From: Lingula anatina
Taxonomy: Eukaryota; Animalia; Brachiopoda
Assembly: GCA_051362555.1 (NCBI GenBank)
Contig: CM120648.1
Location: 20,270,587 to 20,334,586 of the forward strand
Direction of reading: 5' to 3'
DNA length: 64,000 nt
In this document: in pieces, positions 38,584 to 50,067 of the stretch
Numbering within the stretch: the stretch's first letter is position 1
How the letters are laid out: every line of letters starts with the position of its first letter
Made by a program: the position numbers and the translations under genes
Notes under the pieces: model-generated
Database searches by the model: none
The model's input: only the letters and a program-made list of their open reading frames with translations
Told to the model about the DNA's origin: nothing

Positions 38584-40404
38584 ATGGAAGGGAAAAACAA
38601 GAAAGACAAAAACTATTATGCCGTTTCAAAAGGAAGGGTACCAGGAGTATACAAACAATGGTGCAAAGCTCATGACCAAGTCAACCTTTTCAAAGGAGCA
38701 TCGCACAGAGGATATGTCCATTTTACAGGAGCCAAAAAATTTATGGAATCATCCGGAATAGAAGATTTCCTTGTTTATGATGGTGAAAATGTTTTTTCAT
38801 GTGAAGAATATGAGAAAAAGACTAAGAAAGAAACAAATGCTATCACAAGTGGCACACAGAATGAAACCCCACAAACTCTTGAAGAAGAAAAAAATATAAC
38901 GGACATGGTCTTTGATAGCAGCTTTAATTTAAATGACTTGAATGGAAGGGTGAACACCGAGTTGTTTCAAAAAGATGAGTCTGCTGACACCAACAGCTGT
39001 CTCTACCAGGAAACTATCAACCTCAACAGCCCAGGCCCAAGCACACCCACAGTGACACCCTCTGTGAAAAGGAGCCTACTTAACAAAGCAAGTGCAACGA
39101 AGCGTACCATTGAGTCAAACTTTCTGGTAATTAACAATACCCTGTCCAACATGGAAGCTTCCTACACAGCTTTAATTATGCGCTTGGATGCGTCAATGCA
39201 GACACAGACAAACAACAACAAGCAATTAATGGAGCTAGTCAAACTACAAGCAGAGAAGTTAAATACACTTGTTAAGAAAACCTCCCACCTTGAAACTGAA
39301 TTAAAGGAAACTAAAGCAGAACTGAAAGAAATTAGGGAAATGTCCAAACTCAAATCAGATCTGGAATTAGAACTTAAAAGAGTAGAAAAGGAAGTGAAAA
39401 CACTTCAAGAGTCAAAAGAAAAAAAGAGGAGCCAAATGTGTGAAAACAAACCATCCCCAGAGTGTGAAGACAAATCAGCAGCATCTCCAAAGAGTCAAAA
39501 ACAAACAGCGAAGGATGCCCAAAATCCACAAAAGAGAGAAGATGATAACACAGGCAGACCATCATATGCTGATTGTGCCAAAATTATCAAACAAACAGAT
39601 TATCTTTCAAAAGATCCACCCAAATCACAAGGCAAGAGCAACAATGCAGAAAACAACTCAAAAGCTACAAAAAGAGTGCCAACCAGGGGAGTGAGCCACA
39701 ATTCTGTAAATAAAGAAGCTGTGTTGATCCTGTCAGATTCAACATTCAATCGTCTAGACTGCGCACGTGCTTCAACATTTGGATCCTTTAAACACAAATA
39801 TGTAAGAGGAGGGGTAAAGGAAATGCATAACTTCATAAATAGAATGGACAATCCAGACTGCAGTCATGTTCTTATTCATACAGGGACAAATGACATCAAA
39901 TTAAATGCAGAGCTGTTACCGCAAGACTATCAAAAAATGATTACAACAGCGCAAGAAAAGTTCTCAGGGAAAAAGATCATTGTGTCTGGTTTATTGCCTC
40001 GCAGAGACATGGCATACTATAGCATAAACAAAATCAACAAGCAGCTAGAACGACTATGTTCTTCCAAAGGGATTCAATTCCAATGTAATGACGCTGTTGT
40101 GTGTACTGACTATGGCTTATGCGAGGCTCTTTACCATGATGAGGTCCACTTAAATGACCGACACGGACTTCCAAGGCTAATTATACACACTAAATACACT
40201 CTTGGATGGCGAAAGCAAGATGTGGAAATGCCGATGTCAAAAACTGAGAGTCATGGTCATCCCTCATACAGGTACAATGACAGGTACACGCATGGAAAAC
40301 ATACATTCCAACGCTACGCGCGCAAACAAACCCACAATCATAACACGCATTCTTCCCCAGAGGATAATGGATACTACGACTGGAAACTGGTTCGGCGTAA
40401 TTAG
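38584..40404 (+). CDS. LINE ORF1: RNase H1 N-terminal/Cauli_VI-like hybrid-binding domain + coiled coil + SGNH esterase
   Basis: YYAVSKGRVPGVYKQW..AHDQVNLFKGASHRGY..F..AKKFM; heptad region around aa 200-285; ILSDS, RGG, HTGTND, HDEVHLN. Confidence 0.88.
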   Translation: MEGKNKKDKNYYAVSKGRVPGVYKQWCKAHDQVNLFKGASHRGYVHFTGAKKFMESSGIEDFLVYDGENVFSCEEYEKKTKKETNAITSGTQNETPQTLEEEKNITDMVFDSSFNLNDLNGRVNTELFQKDESADTNSCLYQETINLNSPGPSTPTVTPSVKRSLLNKASATKRTIESNFLVINNTLSNMEASYTALIMRLDASMQTQTNNNKQLMELVKLQAEKLNTLVKKTSHLETELKETKAELKEIREMSKLKSDLELELKRVEKEVKTLQESKEKKRSQMCENKPSPECEDKSAASPKSQKQTAKDAQNPQKREDDNTGRPSYADCAKIIKQTDYLSKDPPKSQGKSNNAENNSKATKRVPTRGVSHNSVNKEAVLILSDSTFNRLDCARASTFGSFKHKYVRGGVKEMHNFINRMDNPDCSHVLIHTGTNDIKLNAELLPQDYQKMITTAQEKFSGKKIIVSGLLPRRDMAYYSINKINKQLERLCSSKGIQFQCNDAVVCTDYGLCEALYHDEVHLNDRHGLPRLIIHTKYTLGWRKQDVEMPMSKTESHGHPSYRYNDRYTHGKHTFQRYARKQTHNHNTHSSPEDNGYYDWKLVRRN

Positions 40405-40436
40405 CGAGGGGACATCAGTAACTTTTCATTCAATTC

Positions 40437-43400
40437 ATGAGAAGAATACAACAAGAGAGCATTCGTATCGGATGCTGGAACATTCAAGGTCTAGGGTCAA
40501 AACTTGAAGACACAGATCTTATCAGTCTCATTACACAATACGATATCTTTGCACTTACAGAGACATGGACTGATAGCAATACAATACCTTCAATGCCAGG
40601 ATATGTCACATTTCACTGCTATAGAAAATCAAAACTAAAAACAGCACGTAGGAACTCTGGAGGGATAGTCATATTTGTGAAAAAGTGTTTAAACACTGGT
40701 GTAGAAAGAATTACTAGTAGGAACGAAAATATTTTAAGTCTTAAACTTAAAAAAGCATTTTTCCAAACAGAAAAAGACATTATGCTAGCTACAGTATATA
40801 TAAGTCCGGCTAACTCCAGTTATAGCAATCGTACAAAGATGGACATGTTTGATGAGATCCACAATGAGATTGTTCAGTATGCCAAGGAATGTGACATTAT
40901 TGTACAAGGGGACTTTAATGCCTACACCAATATTCACTCAGACTTTATTGAACAGGATTCATCCCTTCATTTGCCGATAAACAATGGATACTACGTTTGT
41001 GACACTCCCGTGCAAAGAAACAATATGGACACACACAAAACAAACGAGTATGGAAAAAAGTTATTAGACTTATGCAAGTCCAGCAAAGTTAGAATTCTTA
41101 ATGGAAGGAAAGCAGGAGACCTACTAGGGAATTTTACCAGCTTCCAACCAGGTGGGTGCAGCACTGTCGATTATGTCTTATGTAGTACTGAGCTCTTCTG
41201 CAATATTCTCTATATGAAAGTTGAAGATTTAACCCCCCACTCAGACCACTGCCCCCTCCATTATATGCTGCCATGCAACATCACCCACAAAGAAGGTCAA
41301 GAAAAAAAGTTAAAACCAAAACCACCTAAATACACCTGGTCCAAGGATTCTAGTGAAAAATTCACAAGTGCTCTTGCTAGCACAGAATGTCAAAGACTTA
41401 TCAAAAACCTTAACGACACACTGGACCTCCAAAACCAAAGCCCTCTTAATTCAACAACTTTAGTTGACCAGTTCAATTCAATAATGGCAACAGCCGCTGA
41501 AAAATCACTAAAATGCATCAGATACTCTACAAAGAAAAGAAAAACCAATCAAAGAAAGTGGTACAACAAAACATTAAAGGAAATGAAAAGTGAACTTAAA
41601 ACACTCAGCAAATCCAGAAATAAATTCCCCAACGACCCTGTAGTCTCAGGCACATACTACTCTGCCATGAACAAATACAAACGAGCCTGTAAAAAAGCCC
41701 AGCATAAATACAAGTCAGACCTTCTTGAAAAGCTCGAATCTATGGAAAATACTGACCCGAAAGTATTTTGGCAAACAATTAAAGAACTAAACGACAAAAC
41801 CACAAGCTCAAATGCCAAGGATTATGTAGACCCTAATATATTTTTTGAACACTTCAAAAATCTCAGCAGTAACGCTGATAGCGGTGATTACGATAACACC
41901 TTTAAAGAGAATGTTGAATCCCAGCTCCCAATTATGGAGGCAAACAATGACAATATCAGTCTCTTAGATCATGAGATAACCACAGAGGAGATTATTAAGG
42001 GAATCAACTCCCTAGGAAACAATAAATCACCTGGGGAAGACAAAATCACAAATGAAATGTTAAAATCCAGTAAAACAATAATAGCACCAATTCTTCACAA
42101 ACTATTTAATGCCGTCTTCCACAGAGCAGAATATCCAGATATTTGGAATAAAAGTTTTATTATACCTATATTCAAATCAGGCGACCCCAGCAAAGCAGAC
42201 AACTATCGTGGAATTTCCATAACCAGTTGTGTTGGAAAATTATATAACTCAATCCTGCTAACCAGGCTTAAAAGCGAATGCAAAAAGAAGGGCGTCCCAC
42301 TCCCCCATCAAGCAGGATTTAGGGAAAATCACAGTACTGCAAACAACACATTTATTCTCAAGTCACTGGTAACAAAATTCGCTAGGTCTAAAAGAAAACT
42401 GTACACGTGTTTTATAGACTTCAGTAAGGCGTTTGACTGTGTTTGGAGAGAGGGTCTCCTGTATAAACTGTTAAAGCTTGGGGTTGGTGGGAAATTTTAC
42501 AGAAACATCAAAACCATGTATAGTCATGCAACGGCTTGTGTTAAAACCCCTTCCGGCATCACCGATTCATTCTCCACATATAAAGGTGTTAAGCAAGGGG
42601 ATACTCTAAGCCCATTCTTGTTTAACCTATTTGTAGATGATTTACTAAGAGGTATAGACAATTCAAAAAGTGACCCCCCTCTGATCAATAATAAACCGGT
42701 GTCTGGGCTATTCTATGCTGACGACCTAGTTCTCTTTTCGAAAAGCCCATTAGGTCTCCAATATAGCCTGGATTGTCTAAAAACGTATTGTAAACTATGG
42801 AGACTTTCGATAAACATTAAAAAAACCCAAGTTGTCATTTTCAACAGCAAGGGAAAAATCACGGACGGCACCACTCAAAGCAAACACAGATTTAACATTG
42901 GCGGTAAACTACTCACTATCTCGTCTAGCTACAATTACCTAGGAATTCTTTTCACTAGATCTGGCAAATTCACTGCAGCTCAAACAAGATTAAAAGAAAA
43001 AGCACAAAAAGCATTTTTTGCACTAAAAAGTTACTTTCCTCTAACCAGCCCTATTAAATCATCCCTCAAGGAAAAACTTTTCGATACAATCATAATGCCA
43101 ATTGCAACGTACGGATCAGAGGTCTGGGGATATACCCCCCTCACAGACAGAACTCCATCGGAAAAGCTAAATCTCAGTTTTTGTAAACAAATTTTAGGTG
43201 TTCACCCAAAAACTTCAAACCACACAGTAAGAGGAGAGACTGGAAGGATTCCTGTTTACATAAAAATTAACATACAATTAATAAAATTTTGGCTCAAAAT
43301 ATTACGCACAGACGAAAACAACCTACTCAAACAAGCATACCTAGATGAATTACATTATTACAATTTACTCACAACAGAAAGCCTGCCAAATTTGAATGAT

Positions 43401-43994
43401 GATAACCTGTCATGGAGTGAAGGTATTATGAAACTCTTGTTTGAAAACGGATTTGGAGATGTATGGCTAAAGCAGGATCCTGACATAAATTTCCTAAGTA
43501 TGTTCAGAGAACGAATCATTAGTGGGTACGTACAAAACTGGCACAGTGAGCTTGAGCACAATTCCAAATCCAAAGTATATTGCCAATTCAAAAATACATT
43601 CAAAAAAGAAAAATATCTAGACCTTCTTCACGATACTGATAAAAGAAAAAACCTAAGCCGTTTTCGCACCAGTGGGCATAAACTTCACATTGAAACAGGC
43701 AGATACAACAACACTCCTCGGACCGACAGAATATGCCATTACTGTTCTAAAGACAAAATTGAAGACGAAAAACACTTTCTCACAACATGCCCCCTATACA
43801 ACGACCTGCGCACAATATTATATAAGATATTTACAAAACACGATACACATTTTGGCCTAAAAACAACTGATGAAAAATTTACTATAATTATGAAATGTCA
43901 AGAAAAAGAAACCATTATTGCACTAGCTCAGTTTCTCTCCTCTGCTTTTGCTAGGAGGGATCTACAAGACAGTGCTGCACTCATCGGCAATTGA
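40437..43994 (+). CDS. LINE ORF2: APE endonuclease + reverse transcriptase + C-terminal CCHC motif
   Basis: WNIQGL, LTETW, GDFNA, VDY, SDHCP; NYRGIS, QAGFR, FIDFSKAFD, GVKQGDTLSP, FYADD; RFRTSGHKLHIETGRY..CHYC..EDEKHFL..C. Confidence 0.97.
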   Translation: MRRIQQESIRIGCWNIQGLGSKLEDTDLISLITQYDIFALTETWTDSNTIPSMPGYVTFHCYRKSKLKTARRNSGGIVIFVKKCLNTGVERITSRNENILSLKLKKAFFQTEKDIMLATVYISPANSSYSNRTKMDMFDEIHNEIVQYAKECDIIVQGDFNAYTNIHSDFIEQDSSLHLPINNGYYVCDTPVQRNNMDTHKTNEYGKKLLDLCKSSKVRILNGRKAGDLLGNFTSFQPGGCSTVDYVLCSTELFCNILYMKVEDLTPHSDHCPLHYMLPCNITHKEGQEKKLKPKPPKYTWSKDSSEKFTSALASTECQRLIKNLNDTLDLQNQSPLNSTTLVDQFNSIMATAAEKSLKCIRYSTKKRKTNQRKWYNKTLKEMKSELKTLSKSRNKFPNDPVVSGTYYSAMNKYKRACKKAQHKYKSDLLEKLESMENTDPKVFWQTIKELNDKTTSSNAKDYVDPNIFFEHFKNLSSNADSGDYDNTFKENVESQLPIMEANNDNISLLDHEITTEEIIKGINSLGNNKSPGEDKITNEMLKSSKTIIAPILHKLFNAVFHRAEYPDIWNKSFIIPIFKSGDPSKADNYRGISITSCVGKLYNSILLTRLKSECKKKGVPLPHQAGFRENHSTANNTFILKSLVTKFARSKRKLYTCFIDFSKAFDCVWREGLLYKLLKLGVGGKFYRNIKTMYSHATACVKTPSGITDSFSTYKGVKQGDTLSPFLFNLFVDDLLRGIDNSKSDPPLINNKPVSGLFYADDLVLFSKSPLGLQYSLDCLKTYCKLWRLSINIKKTQVVIFNSKGKITDGTTQSKHRFNIGGKLLTISSSYNYLGILFTRSGKFTAAQTRLKEKAQKAFFALKSYFPLTSPIKSSLKEKLFDTIIMPIATYGSEVWGYTPLTDRTPSEKLNLSFCKQILGVHPKTSNHTVRGETGRIPVYIKINIQLIKFWLKILRTDENNLLKQAYLDELHYYNLLTTESLPNLNDDNLSWSEGIMKLLFENGFGDVWLKQDPDINFLSMFRERIISGYVQNWHSELEHNSKSKVYCQFKNTFKKEKYLDLLHDTDKRKNLSRFRTSGHKLHIETGRYNNTPRTDRICHYCSKDKIEDEKHFLTTCPLYNDLRTILYKIFTKHDTHFGLKTTDEKFTIIMKCQEKETIIALAQFLSSAFARRDLQDSAALIGN

Positions 43995-44013
43995 GTAATA
44001 GTAGTAATAGTAA

Positions 44014-44044
<31 letters not shown>

Positions 44045-44649
44045 GTATTTAAGTAAATATTCTTACTCATTGTGATTGTTTAATAACATATTCACAAAAA
44101 TTGTATTCATATTGTCATTTTCATCCACACAAGTGGATGCATATGTTACAGTGAAATAAACTATAAACTGTTAAAGTCGTGCTTGAACTGATTAAAGTAT
44201 CACACGTAAGCATTGTTCATAGCCACTTTAAACTATTATCATGTCGCCCCAACAAACAATGATAGTCTTTTGGCTGATCGATGGCCCGTCACGCGTAAGC
44301 TGAACCACAGATACCGGTGTCATGTGGTTCATCCCCCTAAGCTATTGGCTGGTTCCTTCTAAATCATGTTTTCCGTCCAGAAATTGACTGTATTGATATG
44401 GTTGTCCATTGTTTACCCACACCTATCTATTCACAAAATCGGAATTGAAATATTTTAAATGTCATAAAACGGAATACAACGGAAACTTACTTATTTGCCC
44501 TGATGTATATGTGTTGGTTTTTAACTTTCTTCTCTATATTTGTATATAAGTGATAGATACAATAAGAGTCGCCGAGCTGTACGGGAAATATTACGAGTGT
44601 ATTGGCGAGCCGCAGGCTCATCTGCTGCGCAAAGATTTAAAACTGACTA

Positions 44650-45530
44650 TCTCTGGCGGCTCCCATTACTCTCCTAAGCTTATAAAAGGCTTTGTCGCCA
44701 TTGTTAGACCTGACGAACATTGTCAAACGTGTTCCAATACCTTGAAAACATGGCTTACATCTGCTACGGTTCTTGCGTATCCGAAATTTAACTAACCAAT
44801 TATTCTTTATACCGACGCGAGTTTACACACAGTAAGCATGGTGCTATCACAAATAAAAAAACGGTAACGAAAGAGCCATTGCTAATGTCGGAAGAGGTTT
44901 AAAAGGCTATCCCATCACAGAATTGAAGGGATTAGCGGTTGTGTACGATATAAAATATCTTGATATCTATCTTAGGCATTCAAAATTCAAAGTCTTCATA
45001 GACCACAATAGCCTTTAACGGTTATTGTCACAGAAACAACCAACTGGAAAATAATGTCGATGAATATTGATTCTACAATTTTAAAATTGAACACAGAAAA
45101 GGGAAATTCACACGAATGAAGACGCACTTAGCCACTGCCCGTACGATTACGTTGAAGAATTAGTCTTTGAAAAACTTTGTGATCCAGAGCAGAGTTCGAT
45201 GCCATATGACATATGAAAAAAATAGAGATGTATGACGCCGTCTCAGGACAAGCACATGACCGTAACTAAAAAAAAGAGTGACAACAAATCAGCTAAATGT
45301 GGAATGCTTCTATAAATATCAGGGAAGGTGAAGAGATCGTTTGATAAAATATTAAGATAACGAGTCATTTGTTTCTAAAGAGGAATTATTTAAAACCTCA
45401 CGAAAAGATAAGAACCTTGTTTCAATTATCACGTTCTTGACATCAGATGAACGTCCACTCAGTAACAAAGAAGCTCGGTATTTTTTGTAAGATATCGGGG
45501 ATTACGTGATAATTGACGGTTTTCACATCA
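44650..45530 (+). pseudogene. Heavily decayed Gypsy pol fragment (RT connection/RNase H region)
   Basis: LTSATVLAYPKFN*PIILYTDAS..MVLSQ..ERAIA..YPITELKGLAVV..YL..KFKVFIDH read across stops and frameshifts. Confidence 0.8.
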
Positions 45531-46158
45531 TAAGTTTTTTTTTCCGTGACATGCATTTCTTCGTCATTCGCATCAGATATATTCGTAGATGATGGCCATT
45601 GGACTATTCATTGATATTCAGGAGACTGTGAACACATTAAATTACACGTACCCCAACGTACACGAATAAGGCATTTATCAATTTTACAATGGCGAGTCAA
45701 GTGACATTCGCTTTTCTTCACTATATGGAAGGACTGCTTTGGTATTATATGGAAATGAACGCTCCTGCTATAATTCAAATGGAGGATATAGTGAACTATA
45801 CCAAATGAAACATTTTTGATTTGTGTGAAAATAAACTTAAAATTTTATAAGTTAAAATTTTAGTTGAATGTTATTGGCTATGCACATCAAGTATTGGGTA
45901 ATACATATTATATACGTAACATATTTTACAAATTTCTGTATGCAGGTTATCGAACTTCTGATAATCGGTTATCGATATTAATTTTGGAAACAATGTGTAT
46001 ATTAACAGTATACTTACAGCATATTTGATGATATGAAACTGGTGAATTTTACGTTAAGAGAAATGTTCGCATTTTTGTGACTTATCAATTCTCTGTGAAG
46101 TTTTATGCATAAGTAGAATTAATTTGATATAAACCACTGTTTTCCTTATAGTTATTAA

Positions 46159-47193
46159 CCCTCAAGAGACCAAGCTATTTTACTGACTGAAATGACCAAG
46201 TGGGGTCATCTATGACCCCATTGTGCTCTGTACAGGGATCTTTATTATAAAAGGCTGTTGAGGGTTTATCACACCTATGCTACTCCCATGATCTAAGACA
46301 AGTATTTTATAATGATCTAATGTAATAAGTATTTGGTAATAATACTTTTATTGCATGAAATAACCAAGCACATATTTTAAGAACAACATTACACCGGTAT
46401 TTAGACAGTCCTTGCCAGTTTCCACTCGCAGAAATATTTCTCTTTTTATTTGCCACACTAAATGAAAAAAGTGCATTACAAAATTACTTTGAGTAAAAAT
46501 ATTTTGACTTATGTTGATATAGCATCCTGCTAACTTAAATAAAAATAATTAGCTGAGACTTGCCGAGTAGGGAATACCTAATGCTGGTAAGGAAGTCATA
46601 CTACTCAGAACACATTCAATCAACCTACTTGTATGTTACTACCACATCTGTGTATAAAACAAAATCCACACAAACAATTTGTTAATATATGCATAATATG
46701 ATATCGACAAAATTCTTTAGATTTCCGAAATGCCCGAAAATTGTAACCGTCAAAATGAGAGACCAAGTTATGAGAACAATTTCCAACAAAGCTACTGAAA
46801 TTAGATTCAGCAATGCACTATTAGTAACACTTCAAGCACAATCTTCACAAACCACTTATTTGTGCCTATGTTTTGGGCACACTGGCTGGTTGCATGTAGC
46901 ACATGCATGTGACATGTTCCTGTCAGTGTTGCGTGGGCAAAACATTTGAATAAAATTTAAAAACTAATATTTAAAAACCAATGCTTCTCTTTGGGGTCAT
47001 AAATGACCCCACAAGAGTTTGTGATGTATACGCCACACTAATTGGTTGATCCCTACAAAAAACTGTGAAAGTGTGAAGGATGAGTAGAGTGACAAACTCA
47101 TGCAAGGAAAGAAAATTCGAATAAAAAATAAAGAGATGACACATTAAATCATATGGCTGGGGTCGTAAATGACCCCACTCGGTCACTTGAGGG
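46159..47193. mobile_element. Non-autonomous piggyBac (1035 bp)
   Basis: TTAA TSD on both sides; TIR CCCTCAAG(A/T)GACC(A/G)AG; three subterminal palindromes GGGGTC.T..ATGACCCC (~46202, 46993, 47159). Confidence 0.92.
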
Positions 47194-48160
47194 TTAACAA
47201 GGAACGCTACAGTGTGGATATATGTAATGAAAAACAGGTACCTCAACATCAACGATGCACCGGTCGCTACGTTGTGGTGAATACTATTCATTGGACAGGG
47301 AGCGGTCAACCCCATTGCCTCATGTAGTGCATTACTGCTATGTCTTAAATGACAACCGAAAGATGGAAACCGTATAAGAAAATGTGTCAGACTCATAATA
47401 CGAGATTACCACATCAAAATATCCGCTGATGTGTATGTTCTCTTCGGCCACACGTTTACATGTGTAGATGTCTATTACAAAATAAAATGTGTCTACAAAG
47501 GTACTTTCCAAAAAGAATGTACAGTGAGTTATACTTTTGATTTCATGTCGAATGTGTTTATATTTTATATGTTAGTTTATCATAAATAATTAATTTACTA
47601 AGCCATATATTTTTGTCTCATAATAGAATAAAAACGGAGTGTTTAAGAAGGGCAATTTAAAGATATATCTTAATTTTAGATATGCCTAGGGACAAGCAAT
47701 GCGTCCCCGGGAGATGATGTAATGTTAGTAAGTGACAGTCATGAGTGAATAAGAAACGGGGAATAATTTATAGAGTAACTGAGTTGATTGACATGCTTTC
47801 ATGATACTTATGCAACTGCGTGCAATGTAAACGGGAGAAGGTCACTAGAGCAAGTTTGAGGTAAAGATGGAAATGGTGAGACGGTGGGAACCAGCCGGAA
47901 ATTAATGAACATGAAAGTATATAAAAGAGTAATATTTACTACCTCGCAGAAGATAAAACCTAGCGCTTGGTCAAATTTCTCATTATCTTAGTATTATATG
48001 GATTAATCAAAACATTCACTTTGATACGCTATGCTTGTATGATATAAATGATTTATTCACACGCTCACCGAGGTGCTCACCTCCCAACGATGTCCAATAA
48101 TAGTGTGACAATGTTCAAGGCATACATGTAATAAAATGTCAAACATACCGATCTGGGGGT

Positions 48161-48197
48161 TCCTGGCTTGGGACAGGCACATCATGTGGCGGTTTAC
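48161..48197 (-). mobile_element. Possible Meta-domain SINE core fragment
   Basis: TCCTGGCTTGGGACAGGCACA..ATGTGGCGG resembles the recalled MetaSINE central domain; not verified. Confidence 0.4.
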
Positions 48198-48405
48198 CAC
48201 AGGCATCAGTGTCCAGGACGTCCTTTCTGCTACCAGTGGCCCTCACACTTCCCCGCCCTCCTGTCCCATTGTGGTCTAGGTAATGGTCAAAATATTCATA
48301 TAAGGGGAAATTGAAAACGTATCCATGCTGAGTTTAGGCATTTTAGTGTCTCGATAAAAACACGCTGAGAAAAATCCCAATATCTATGTTGATTTTTACT
48401 ATATA

Positions 48406-50067
48406 CAGACTTGACATTTAATATGGAATATTTTTTTCGAAATGATTTTTTTTAGTTTTTTCCTATTTTGCTGACTGATAAATGAAAATATGGATTATAA
48501 TCGTGTTTTAATAACTTTAAAGTATCTCTTTGATGTCAATGTGACATCAGTTTATTAATGGAATCCGCCAGAGAAGCAAACAAAAACACATTGCCTATTC
48601 TATGTCATACGACTCCCATTAAAAGAGATATTTTGGATCTCCATATTTTACAAATTATCGCCTGTAAAAGGGTAATACATTCCACAAAAGACCCTCATGT
48701 CAGTTGCTAGTCACAGTAATGGTCGTTGTTACGCTTGGCCTCTTCGTGGCTGTTGCCAGCGCTCTCAAGCGGCAAGGCATTTCTTGGGGGTAGGTTTTTA
48801 GAGTTCAATCTGGAAGAGCATTCCAGGCATCGGTCTAAAATTGTCCAATCTGGTCCAGTTTTGTTGTAGGACATGTAGGCAGTTGATTGGCAAATAATGG
48901 TCTAACGAAATCTTGTCTATGTGGTTTAAATGTGGCGATTTTGATGACTAGGGTAGCTGCTCATTCCCTTGGTTCTGTAAGTTATCTGCTATTAAAAGTG
49001 CTCTTTGTGAACCTGCAAACTCATCGTGCAACCTAGAATTGTTCCTAAGGTGCCCCCTATCAAATGATAGTCAAGTGGTTCCGAGATTATTCCTTTATTT
49101 GATCTGGTTCAGGTTTTCGTCGATGACTACCATTGGTGTTTTGGCACCAATGTGGAATCTACTCCAAATACTGACGCTGTCAATCACCCTTGTCACTTTA
49201 GACCTGGTATATGCTTCGTCGTAGGCCTCTTCTGGATATCTGTAAACTCTGTTTTGACTAATTGAGCGGTACAGGTAAAATCTGACCTCAATAAATAAAG
49301 CCATGCAGTTTCATTGTTCTACCCAGAATCGTTCATGGCTCCCAATTCATTAGAGAAACAGGCGACGATATTTTGCTGTATACAGTGGGTACCTTAGAGG
49401 TCATTTGGTGTTTTTACTTGCGAAAACCAGTTTGGTGTTCGCTAAGGGCTTTGAAAAATGCATTTTAGTGCCAATTTACCCCTCGTTCTGAACGGACTAA
49501 GTGTTTTTGTTAAGTTGCAGCAGCGTATCCCAAAAAGACAGTGGGTCCTGTACCCTGTAGGTAAAATTTTGATACATTGGGGGTGACCTCTGTTTAGGTA
49601 CATCAGTCTGGGCATTACTCTATAAAACTGTGGGGGCCGTTCCGTTTGGCGCTATGATCGGTCTGGTTATGTCTGTCTTTTTAACGCCATTCTGCCTTAG
49701 ATTAACAACTTTGTAATGCACTACTTGACTCATCTTACACACTGCAAAACTGACCGCCTGCATGCAAAATTTCAAATTCTTCTATGCAGTAGTTGCCGAA
49801 ATATGGATACTTTTTGGACAGTACCAAGCTTTGCCTAAGCCAAGCTTTGAACAGCCCAAAGGAACACTACCCAATTAAATCACTGCAAATTACATAAAGT
49901 ATCAGCGCAACAGACATGAAAGTCAGTTAATTGGTAGTGACACACCTGACTGCACACTTTTATATTCACAAATCTTATATGAGATCGGAGTTTTTTTGAA
50001 AAAAGAACGTATTTTTACGTAGGTATACCTTCGAAACTGAAATATTCCATATTAAATGTCAAGTCTG
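48406..50067 (-). mobile_element. Tc1-family element (1662 bp) with a decayed transposase
   Basis: Perfect 28-bp TIR CAGACTTGACATTTAATATGGAATATTT with TA flanks; minus-strand remnants RFYLYRS..NRVYRYPEEAY..SVSIW..PMVVIDENLNQIK, AWNALP and MPCRLRA (48725-49330). Confidence 0.88.

Larger units (their letters stand above)
38191..44168 (+). mobile_element. Full-length non-LTR retrotransposon (RTEX-like LINE) with both ORFs intact
   Basis: ORF1 606 aa + ORF2 1185 aa, 32-bp spacer; 5' end at AAGATGGCCG; 3' AATAAACTATAAAC tail; candidate TSD TGTTAA (38185-90 / 44169-74). Confidence 0.9.
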
